From a virus: 64,000 bases of DNA. Made by a program: the position numbers and the translations under genes. Where the stretch lies: the IMG/VR virus record IMGVR_UViG_3300009184_000001, positions 1-64,000 of that record. The stretch is one strand, 5' to 3'. Below are positions 48,264-55,437 of this stretch, one piece after another (within the stretch, counting starts at the first letter, position 1; the number at the start of each line of letters is the position of its first letter). The notes below the pieces were generated by a model. That model did not search any database and was not told where the DNA came from. It was given only the letters and a program-made list of their open reading frames with translations.

Positions 48264-48517
48264 TAGTCCTCTTTTTTAACATTTTTTAGCTGAACAGACT
48301 GCTGGAAAGCAGCGTTGATTTCAGCGTTAGATAATTTACCATCTTCTAGGAAAGCAATAGACAAGCGTTCAATAACCTTGGCTACAGCAAGAATACCGCC
48401 AACAAGAGCGGCAGTAGCAGGAGCAACGCCCCCAAGGGAACCAGCACCGATAACACCAAGAGCGGACGCAACAAATGTTGCCAAAATTCTGAGAAGAACA
48501 TTTCCAGTAAGTTTCAT
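48263..48517 (-). CDS. Putative holin
   Basis: 84 aa with two TM segments and a charged C-terminus (DGKLSNAEINAAF). Confidence 0.7.
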   Translation of the reverse strand: MKLTGNVLLRILATFVASALGVIGAGSLGGVAPATAALVGGILAVAKVIERLSIAFLEDGKLSNAEINAAFQQSVQLKNVKKED

Positions 48518-48610
48518 TTAGTACCTCTAACTAATATAAAGATGTTACAGATTGTAAGTGTATTAGTAAAGGAATTGTATTTTCTATATTAAGAATACAA
48601 AAAAAGTTTG

Positions 48611-48952
48611 TTAATTACTTGGCATACCATTCAAACCAGACGGATTTCCAGTTTCTACGTCACTAACACCAGCATCTCTAGCTAATCCTTGAGCTCCCTG
48701 CTGTACTGCACTTAGATTAGAGCCAGGCAACAATGTAGAAGGGTCATAGTTAGTTTGCCCCGACACCATGTAAGGCCACTGATTAAAAGCATAGTTACTT
48801 GGAGTTTGTTCTCCACGAGTTTGCTGTTGAAGTTCATACGGCTGTGTGCCACTAGTCATTTTAAGATTATCATCAAGATACTGACCAATGTCTGTTGCTT
48901 GGCCAGCATACATTCCTTTAGTTCTTTTAGAAAGTTTTGATTGAGATGGCAT
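48611..48952 (-). CDS. Hypothetical protein
   Basis: 113 aa, coupled to the upstream ORF. Confidence 0.65.
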   Translation of the reverse strand: MPSQSKLSKRTKGMYAGQATDIGQYLDDNLKMTSGTQPYELQQQTRGEQTPSNYAFNQWPYMVSGQTNYDPSTLLPGSNLSAVQQGAQGLARDAGVSDVETGNPSGLNGMPSN

Positions 48953-49161
48953 TATTGCCTTCCAGTATATTGGGCTTCTGTTGCTCCAGTGGATTTACCT
49001 GGAGCCATTCCCTCAAACTTTTTACCTTGACCACTGTCTCCATCATATTTGGTGTCATCCTTCATTGCTACACCATCATCCCCCATTGAGCCGTTTTTAG
49101 TACTGGTAAATGGTTTGTCATCAAAGTCTTTACTTTGTACACTTCTGCAACCAGAACACAT
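48952..49161 (-). CDS. Hypothetical protein (N-terminal CxxC)
   Basis: 69 aa, AAGGG RBS. Confidence 0.65.
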   Translation of the reverse strand: MCSGCRSVQSKDFDDKPFTSTKNGSMGDDGVAMKDDTKYDGDSGQGKKFEGMAPGKSTGATEAQYTGRQ

Positions 49162-49200
49162 GCCTAATTCCCTTACTATTCAATATAAACAGTATGACAG

Positions 49201-49236
49201 AAACAGAAAGCCCCGCCAGTCTAAACCAGCGGGGCT
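49201..49236 (-). terminator. Intrinsic terminator after the NlpC/P60 gene
   Basis: AGCCCCGCTGGT-TTAG-ACTGGCGGGGCT followed by TTCTGTTT. Confidence 0.75.
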
Positions 49237-49241
49237 ACTGC

Positions 49242-49781
49242 TTATAGAGTTTTGATTACTCTCACAAACCTTATCTGACTCTTTTTATAGTCTGATAAAG
49301 GTTGAACTATCGTAGACTGTGTTCCACGATGTGCATTAATCATTTTTCCATTTCCGATGTAAATGGCGGCATGATAGAAGTTAGTGCTGCCATTGTAAGC
49401 AAACACTACAATGTCTCCAACTTTAGGGTTAGAAACTCTAGCTCCAATATGTGCTTGGGCATCTGCCGAGTGTGGTAATACTATACCAAATTGTTTATAA
49501 GTCCAGCGTACTAGACCTGAACAGTCCCATCCACGGGGACTGGCACCTGAGAATACATAGGATGTACGTCCTACGCGAGTCTTCAGATACTTTACTACAT
49601 GAGCCATTTGAACAGAATTACGTTTAATCTTTTGTATTTGGATTAAACCCGTTTTTAATGACTGCTCTTTTACTTGGTGTTGCTGTACTGCCTTTGTGTT
49701 TTCAATCTGAGCTATTGCCGCAGAAGCGGAGCAACCAGCGAGAGTTAAAAGAACGCTGGCTATTATTACGTACTTTTTCAT
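49242..49781 (-). CDS. NlpC/P60 peptidoglycan endopeptidase with signal peptide/lipobox
   Basis: MKK-hydrophobic-LAGC; YVFSG...WDCSGL, GDIVVF, HAAIYIG. Confidence 0.9.
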   Translation of the reverse strand: MKKYVIIASVLLTLAGCSASAAIAQIENTKAVQQHQVKEQSLKTGLIQIQKIKRNSVQMAHVVKYLKTRVGRTSYVFSGASPRGWDCSGLVRWTYKQFGIVLPHSADAQAHIGARVSNPKVGDIVVFAYNGSTNFYHAAIYIGNGKMINAHRGTQSTIVQPLSDYKKSQIRFVRVIKTL

Positions 49782-49864
49782 TTAGCGACCTTACCTTTCA
49801 TTGCTTTAGTACTGGGGTCGTTTATTGTCGAAGTGACATTCTCTATTAAGTTATAAAAACACCC

Positions 49865-49889
49865 TAGCACAGATGTTTGTGTTGGGCAA
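49865..49889 (-). promoter_or_regulatory. Probable sigma70-type promoter (-35 and spacer shown) containing the repeated motif
   Basis: TTGCCC-17 nt-TAGGGT with TGn just before the -10; the spacer holds AACACAAACA. Confidence 0.45.
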
Positions 49890-49892
49890 CTA

Positions 49893-50228
49893 TTAACTAG
49901 TTAGGTAGTCTAAAAGCTCGGGGTTGTCTTTTAGTACCATTAAAAGGGTTTCTTCGTACATTCCAATGAAGTAATGCTCTGTTTCTTCAAAGGTTAGCTT
50001 AGGATTCATTTTACTTCCTGTAAAAAAAGTAAATCTAATAGCATGTAGAATCTCGTGCATTAGCACTTGCTTCTTACGGGTTGTGGCTGCATCTATATCA
50101 ATAATAATCATGTTACGACGTTCTAGTGTATACCCGTAGTTATCCTCATACAACATGCCATCTTCTTTAGAACTGTGTTCTACTATGTCCCATATCTGAG
50201 TACCAATAAGTAACGTTTCTGGAATCAC
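49893..50228 (-). CDS. HExxH-containing phage protein (zincin-like)
   Basis: QVLMHEILHAI. Confidence 0.75.
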   Translation of the reverse strand: MIPETLLIGTQIWDIVEHSSKEDGMLYEDNYGYTLERRNMIIIDIDAATTRKKQVLMHEILHAIRFTFFTGSKMNPKLTFEETEHYFIGMYEETLLMVLKDNPELLDYLTS

Positions 50229-50398
50229 CTGTCAGACCCCCATCCTGAGCCTTTAAAGGTGAGTGACGGTGCTGAGAAGACACGAGTCATCTCTTTCTTG
50301 CACTCTAAACATTCTGGAACTATACGTTGCTCTGATATGGTTACAACGTGACTAACAGTAGTCTCACAAGTTTCACATTTGTACTGATAAGTAGGCAT
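50225..50398 (-). CDS. FmdB-family zinc-ribbon protein
   Basis: Hand translation: MPTYQYKCETCE...PECLECKKEMTRVFSAPSLTFKGSGWGSDR. Confidence 0.85.
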   Translation of the reverse strand: MPTYQYKCETCETTVSHVVTISEQRIVPECLECKKEMTRVFSAPSLTFKGSGWGSDR

Positions 50399-50400
50399 TG

Positions 50401-50502
50401 TTAAGCCTTAACTAATTTACGTTTGATTGGGTCAAATACTTTTGGAGACTTCTTAAAAGCCTTCCCACTATTTCTTTTATCGTTACGGGCACCTTTTGCC
50501 AT
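50401..50502 (-). CDS. 33-aa basic peptide
   Basis: AGGAG RBS; MAKGARNDKRNSGKAFKKSPKVFDPIKRKLVKA. Confidence 0.65.
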   Translation of the reverse strand: MAKGARNDKRNSGKAFKKSPKVFDPIKRKLVKA

Positions 50503-50528
50503 TTTATTCTCCTATCTGTTATTGTTCG

Positions 50529-50599
50529 CTGATTCTGTAGGAGTCGAACCTACGCTAACGGTGTTGGAGACCGCTGTGCTACCGTAACACTTAGAACCA
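50529..50599 (-). tRNA. trnW: tRNA-Trp (CCA)
   Basis: Acceptor TGGTTCT/AGAATCA, D arm GTG..CAC, anticodon arm GCGGT-CTCCAAC-ACCGT, T arm GTAGG-TTCGACT-CCTAC, discriminator G; CCA end not encoded. Confidence 0.92.
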
Positions 50600-50669
50600 T
50601 TAGTGCAACTACTCCCAAGGACGAAACAATGGGCGGAGTTATCCACGGCTAGTTGCCATACCGTGGCAG

Positions 50670-50749
50670 TGGACCAGCACAGAATTGAACTGTGGTCTTA
50701 CAGAGTCCTACTGGAGGCTTTGTTCTGCAATCGACACCATTTCTAGCCC
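50670..50749 (-). ncRNA. tmRNA tRNA-like-domain-only RNA (mini-ssrA)
   Basis: GGGCTAG/CTGGTCC-A acceptor with G3:U70; stemless D loop AAATGGTGTCGA; helix TTGCAGA/TCTGTAA; GAC linker; T arm CACAG-TTCAATT-CTGTG; no tag ORF. Confidence 0.8.
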
Positions 50750-50823
50750 TTGTGCCAGGATGATTGCCACTAGGCTCACGCGAGAACATACGGTGCTCCT
50801 GGCGAACACACGCTCTTGTAATT

Positions 50824-50851
50824 AGTATACACCAAAATTACTTGATGTCAA
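50824..50851 (-). promoter_or_regulatory. Sigma70-type promoter for the small-RNA operon
   Basis: TTGACA-16 nt-TATACT overlapping the end of the Hsp20 gene. Confidence 0.65.
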
Positions 50852-51371
50852 TTACCTTAGGTTTCTTTTCTTCAGGAAGCTCTTTCTTAAAAGTAATTAC
50901 TAGTAGTCCATTATCTAGTTCAGCACTTGTTACTACCCAGTACTCAGCAATAGCAAGAGATAGAGTAAAGTCTCTAGTAGCTATACCTTGATATAGTACT
51001 TCTCCTTTAGCCTTACTCTCCTTGTTACCTTGAATAGTAATAGTAGAGTCTTTAACAGTAACAGTAATTTCTTTTTTACTAAAACCAGCAACAGCTACAT
51101 TGAGTAGGTTAGTTTCATCATCCAATTGAACAATGTCGTATGGGGGATAGGTTGGTTTATTTGAGGTAATTTCCTTGAGTTGGTCAAGGATAGGTGACCA
51201 GCCAATAGATAGACGGTCTAGACGAGGGAATAGGTCAGCAATGGTAATAACCTTAGGCTTCTCTGATTGCCACTTCTTATAACTATCTTCGTGGATATTT
51301 GGACCCCAGGGAGTATAAGGTGGTTTTTTGTTTTTATCCCATGGGTCATTTGAATATGGTTGTATATGCAT
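50838..51371 (-). CDS. Small heat-shock protein Hsp20 (IbpA-like)
   Basis: YPPYDIV, VAVAGF, YQGIATRDF, AELDNGLLVI, PEEKKPKVIDI. Confidence 0.93.
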   Translation of the reverse strand: MHIQPYSNDPWDKNKKPPYTPWGPNIHEDSYKKWQSEKPKVITIADLFPRLDRLSIGWSPILDQLKEITSNKPTYPPYDIVQLDDETNLLNVAVAGFSKKEITVTVKDSTITIQGNKESKAKGEVLYQGIATRDFTLSLAIAEYWVVTSAELDNGLLVITFKKELPEEKKPKVIDIK

Positions 51372-51507
51372 TTTGTCTCCTTAGACGACAACTGTGCTAC
51401 GATACCATTTTCACAAACTGTCCGAAGCACAGTATTAATTTACGACACCCAATTGGCGTGTCTATATTTATATTATATATTTAATGACTATTTGTCAAGT
51501 TTAACTA

Positions 51508-51705
51508 TTATCTAAATCCTGGATTAGCTTTATGCCATGCTTCAACTACTTTAGACACATGGTCTTCTTGTTCTATCTTAGGCGCTTCTGACAGCTGCTG
51601 AGACACGACAGGGTGAGCTTCTTCCCTCTTCTTAGGAGTTTCTGGCCATGAACCTGTACGTTCATAGTGCTCTTTACGAGCCCAGTAGGCTGCATCTCTA
51701 GCCAT
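51508..51705 (-). CDS. Hypothetical protein
   Basis: 65 aa, AAGGA RBS; first gene of the minus-strand block. Confidence 0.65.
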   Translation of the reverse strand: MARDAAYWARKEHYERTGSWPETPKKREEAHPVVSQQLSEAPKIEQEDHVSKVVEAWHKANPGFR

Positions 51706-51824
51706 AGCTATCCTTGTTCAACAACGAGAGGCTTTTTTACGGCCCCGCCACTTTTTTAAGTCTTAATTAGTTTATACCTTAATGTCTATGATAGTATGTC
51801 AAAATAAAGATATAAGATAAAGGA

Positions 51825-52181
51825 TTGAATATGTCTAAGAAAAACCCAAAAGCTACTATGCAGAGCTTAAAGAGTCGTCTAGTATCCCACCCATTAGCTT
51901 TAGGTGTTGCTGGAGCTATGGCTGCTGGTGGAGGAAACCGTGTTGGTGAACCTGCAAACAACTTTGTTGGAGATTTTGCTCAGCCTTATTTTGATATGAT
52001 TAGTGCTCACCCTAATGGTGCTCCTGCAGCTGGTGCTGCTATTGGTGCCGGAGTTGGTGTAATTAGTGCTTTGGTAGCACAGCGTCGTGATGCTAAAGCT
52101 TATCACCAACAGCAGAATGTTGCTGCTAGAACTGCCAGCTTAAATCCTCATATCACTAGAAACTACAAAAACCCTAAGTAA
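51825..52181 (+). CDS. Hypothetical Gly/Ala-rich membrane-associated protein
   Basis: AAGGA RBS (likely ATG 51831); two hydrophobic Gly-zipper-like stretches. Confidence 0.65.
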   Translation: MNMSKKNPKATMQSLKSRLVSHPLALGVAGAMAAGGGNRVGEPANNFVGDFAQPYFDMISAHPNGAPAAGAAIGAGVGVISALVAQRRDAKAYHQQQNVAARTASLNPHITRNYKNPK

Positions 52182-52203
52182 TCCTTAAAACGCCCCTGCC
52201 ATT

Positions 52204-52491
52204 ATGAATCCTTATACACAGGACATGTCTTGCCCCGGGGGATGTGGGCAATCTATAACCTATAATAAAAGCAAAGACACCTGGTCTCATGCAGGTCTAC
52301 ACGATAGTTCTTGTCCATTTCATCAATATGAACCTATGGACCACAGACATGTATTAAATATTAGGTGGGGTAGACTTAAATTCAATGACCAGGGTGAAAT
52401 TGAAGAGGTAAAAAGGGAACCTAAGCCTGTTCCTGAGCCCAAATTAGCTGATGTAATCAGTCTGGCTCAATATCGTAAGAAAAAATCTTAA
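52204..52491 (+). CDS. Hypothetical Cys/His protein
   Basis: CPGGC..WSH...C; ends ADVISLAQYRKKK. Confidence 0.6.
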   Translation: MNPYTQDMSCPGGCGQSITYNKSKDTWSHAGLHDSSCPFHQYEPMDHRHVLNIRWGRLKFNDQGEIEEVKREPKPVPEPKLADVISLAQYRKKKS

Positions 52492-52498
52492 AAAACAC

Positions 52499-52527
52499 TT
52501 GACAAGCTCTTAACTAGGCTATAGATT
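52499..52527 (+). promoter_or_regulatory. Sigma70-type promoter
   Basis: TTGACA-17 nt-TAGATT. Confidence 0.6.
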
Positions 52528-52612
52528 AGCCGTATGAAGTTAATTGAGCAGTTTTATCTCCCATCAATGAAACACTCTCTACGGGCCTCACAAGGGCTTA
52601 CAGGGGCATTCT

Positions 52613-53119
52613 ATGCCTAGACCGACACCGCCATGTGGAACTAGGGCCGGATATCGTCTTCATGTTAGGGTGCAGGGGCGTCCTAAGGATGAATGTGAGC
52701 TATGTTACAACGCTGAACTACAGTACTGGCGTGACAAAAGAAACCCAAACCATCCAGATTACCGTGGAAAAGAAATAAACAAAATAAGAAGGCGGGCTAC
52801 GTTCCTCAAAAAACATGGCCTACCTAAGATTAACTACCGGATACGCAATGAAACCCTAGAAAAACGTAATCCACGTAAATGGGGCTGGGAGCACTACACT
52901 ACAGAGATGATAATAGAGCGTTGGGGCATCATTTGCTATCTTTGCAGTGAAGAGATAGACTTAGAGCTATCAAGGACAAGTCTAGAAGGTCTCCACCTAG
53001 ACCATGTCATACCAATATCAAAGAAAGGCTGCGATATCATCGATAATATAAAACCCACACATGCACGCTGCAACCTCGCCAAATCAGACAAAATGTGGCT
53101 AAATGGCGAACTCGTTTAG
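52613..53119 (+). CDS. HNH endonuclease with N-terminal zinc finger
   Basis: CGT.AGY..H..C..C; ICYLC...HLDHVIPISKKG..NIKPTHARCN. Confidence 0.88.
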   Translation: MPRPTPPCGTRAGYRLHVRVQGRPKDECELCYNAELQYWRDKRNPNHPDYRGKEINKIRRRATFLKKHGLPKINYRIRNETLEKRNPRKWGWEHYTTEMIIERWGIICYLCSEEIDLELSRTSLEGLHLDHVIPISKKGCDIIDNIKPTHARCNLAKSDKMWLNGELV

Positions 53120-53488
53120 GCTACTGCTTAATATTAAAAGAGCTCAACCGTGTTTTTCACCTGGCGATAATATATCCTGCTTGCGTTAGGGTTGTCCCAA
53201 AATTACCGTTATCCTAACACCATCATAAATAGTGATGGCACACTACTTATGTGAATAAGGTTTCGTGCTACCTATGGCGTGTAATTCCTATTTATAGGCA
53301 TAACCCTTAGTAATACGGCTAAGGGTTATGCTCATAAAGTAATCGCTGACTATCTCCCCTTATTGCTACGGCACGGCTTATTCATTAGGGTTATCTCCCC
53401 TAATGTGTGAACTGTGCCGTAGTTAGGTGCAGTAAACGCTATAACAACCGTTATAGTGAAACCCTTTACGCTTAGGAGCGTGATAGCG

Positions 53489-54100
53489 ATGAACACTACA
53501 ACATCGCAAACAGTATTAGTTGCTGACTCAACTGACGTAACTGGCAACGATGTGCCAGTATCCCTGTTTGAACGTGCCCTTGGTACGTTCACTGGTGACG
53601 GTGTTGGCTCTATCTTCAGGACTATTCCTGAATTAGAGCGACTAGTCCTTACTGAAATGGTGGCTCGACTAGAGTCCACTATGGAAGTAAACGGCGTAAC
53701 ATTCACCGTATCAGAAGCGCGTAGTTCCTTTAAGGCACTACACGTTCAGGGTGTCAAGACAGGCAAGCGAACCTGTGAGCAACTCCCAACTTGGGCAAAG
53801 AAGTCTGATGCCCCAGAGACAGAGTACGCAGAGACCATCATAGATAAAGAAATCTATGACATCTTCACAGTTGAGCGTGGCTTCATTGACGTAAAGTCAA
53901 ACGAAGAGGGTGTCCGTGACTATGTAGGTGTTCCTTGCCTGCTTAGAGGAGCAGATGCTCGCCTGTACAACGCCATTGACGAGTTCATTGGTGAACTTGG
54001 TATGGGCAGAAGCCGTCGTGGCAACAAGGGGTACTGGTCAGAGTATGACTTGGACGAGTTGGTCGCCGAGATGAAAGCCAGAATAGCTGAAATTAGCTAA
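53489..54100 (+). CDS. Hypothetical early protein
   Basis: Start moved to ATG 53489 after AGGAG; 203 aa. Confidence 0.75.
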   Translation: MNTTTSQTVLVADSTDVTGNDVPVSLFERALGTFTGDGVGSIFRTIPELERLVLTEMVARLESTMEVNGVTFTVSEARSSFKALHVQGVKTGKRTCEQLPTWAKKSDAPETEYAETIIDKEIYDIFTVERGFIDVKSNEEGVRDYVGVPCLLRGADARLYNAIDEFIGELGMGRSRRGNKGYWSEYDLDELVAEMKARIAEIS

Positions 54101-54291
54101 TCTGGCTACTGCTCAACACACGGGCAGGCTAAGTGAGTCTATCACCAGACTTACGAAGCCTGCCCGTTGCTGTTATCAAGTAAGACGTCGAGCAACGTCT
54201 ATAAATAATGCAGAAGTTACGCACGCTCTATGCTCCTAACTGCTAGGGAAAGTTAGGCGGGAAAGCCAGTGTTATTCCGATAAGGCAGTCA

Positions 54292-54338
54292 GCCCTAGAG
54301 ACACTTTAGGTGTAGGTGTGCAAAGCCCCTCTAGGGCA
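54292..54338 (+). ncRNA. Candidate 47-nt tRNA-like RNA with no anticodon arm
   Basis: GCCCTAG/CTAGGGC-A acceptor, ACAC-TTTAG-GTGT arm, AGGTG-TGCAAAG-CCCCT T-like arm (4 of 5 pairs). Confidence 0.45.
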
Positions 54339-54364
54339 CGCTCATTATAGAAAGGAGCCAAACT

Positions 54365-54586
54365 ATGGCTAAGAGCAAGTATGTCTTTGGAAATGCTTAC
54401 TATAGCAAAGCCCTAGCTATGAAAGATTACTATTATCATAGGGCAAAAGCAGTGAAGTGGTGGTGCGAGACATTTAACTCAGCACCAACTGTAAGGTCTG
54501 ATAGAAGAACCTTACGTAAAGCAAAACAAGTCACTAACTGGGACTTGTCAACAATGAATCTCTGGGAAGGAGAGCAGTATGTGTAA
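54365..54586 (+). CDS. Hypothetical protein
   Basis: GAAAGGAG RBS, 73 aa. Confidence 0.7.
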   Translation: MAKSKYVFGNAYYSKALAMKDYYYHRAKAVKWWCETFNSAPTVRSDRRTLRKAKQVTNWDLSTMNLWEGEQYV

Positions 54587-54872
54587 ACACACAGAGATAA
54601 TAACAGCAAGCCGTAATGCTGTTGTAGCCCTAAGGGCTAAAGTCCAAAGAAAACTACTTGTATTAGAGAACCCTTTTACAAGCGGCTCTGTAATAGGAGA
54701 GTTCTCTAGGCAAGAGAATGCCTATGACTTTCTCCTTATGGAAATAGAAGAGGTTGGCTGTAAGTCCTGTAAATATGATGCTCTAGACCCTGGTAGAAAG
54801 AGTAACTACCTTAGGTTTCTAGATGATTATGTTACACACTTTGCTAATGGTAAGTGTGAAGACTGTGAGTAA
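54579..54872 (+). CDS. Hypothetical Cys-rich protein
   Basis: CKH, CKSC, CEDC; AGGAG RBS. Confidence 0.7.
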   Translation: MCKHTEIITASRNAVVALRAKVQRKLLVLENPFTSGSVIGEFSRQENAYDFLLMEIEEVGCKSCKYDALDPGRKSNYLRFLDDYVTHFANGKCEDCE

Positions 54873-54931
54873 GTCTTTCTCATAGAAGCAAGGATAGTAT
54901 TTGGGTTATCTATCCTCTAAGTCTTCTCTAT

Positions 54932-55105
54932 ATCTCTACAAATAAGACCCCCGTAGAGATGAATAAAGGGGGCAAGTCGTCCTAGTAGCGCACTCCAAGT
55001 GGCATTCCCCTAGAAATACGCAGGGTGAGTAAGGTTCGAATCCTTACAGTGTGTGAAAGGCTCTCTCTATATAATAAGTCCCCCATAGAGAGCAGTAAAA
55101 GGGGG
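54932..55105 (+). repeat. Two imperfect direct repeats, each an H-type pseudoknot (54932-54972, 55063-55105)
   Basis: Shared pattern TCTCTA-x-AATAAG-x-CCCCC-x-TAGAGA-x-TAAA-GGGGG-CAA with compensatory changes. Confidence 0.65.
54988..55055 (+). ncRNA. Degenerate tRNA-like element
   Basis: Perfect T arm GTAAGG-TTCGAAT-CCTTAC stacked on GCGCACT/AGTGTGT; no canonical anticodon loop. Confidence 0.5.
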
Positions 55106-55251
55106 CAAAGCCCCCTTAGACCCCCGTACAAGGGCGTTCTAAGGGTAACCAAAGGGGCTTGGCTACGACCAAGGCAAGCACAACCGCTGGCGGTAGCTGT
55201 CTTCTCTAGAAGTAGTCAAGCCCCTCAACCTATATGAAAGGTAGGTAAGCA

Positions 55252-55437
55252 ATGACTAAATCAGTCAAGCAAGCAACACCTGTTACACCTGTTACACCAG
55301 CTAACACTAGCAAGCGAGCAATCGCTAGGCTCAAAGTTAGAGAAGCAAAGCACGGTGCAGAATGTCTTTACTGTGATGGTAGTGACCACAACCGTAAGCA
55401 AGTGTGGGATGCTGAAACACACAGTTGGGTAAAATAA
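55252..55437 (+). CDS. Hypothetical protein
   Basis: GAAAGG RBS; TPV repeat; CLYC..H. Confidence 0.7.
   Translation: MTKSVKQATPVTPVTPANTSKRAIARLKVREAKHGAECLYCDGSDHNRKQVWDAETHSWVK

Noticed and set aside
50670-50749. Full-length or permuted two-piece tmRNA
   Set aside because: The acceptor halves are in normal order and only 19 nt apart inside helix 2a; no tag ORF was found adjacent.
50600-50810. HDV-like (theta) or hammerhead ribozyme beside the tRNA
   Set aside because: I could not fit the P1-P2-P3-L3-P1.1-J4/2 order or a CUGANGA/GAAA core.
58-51484. Many plus-strand ORFs opposite the structural genes, and minus-strand ORFs opposite genes after 53 kb
   Set aside because: They are antisense shadows of well-supported genes, with no RBS and no motifs.
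22460-51705. Loose L(S/N)xxQ(F/L) motif in several orphan late proteins as a capsid-targeting signal
   Set aside because: Too degenerate to separate from chance without alignments.
53298-53331. Resemblance of GCATAACCC to the T7 terminator region
   Set aside because: Only a short match, no U tract, and no other vector-like sequence.
55025-55237. 70-aa ORF over the tRNA-like and pseudoknot elements
   Set aside because: No RBS, and the sequence is better explained by RNA structure.
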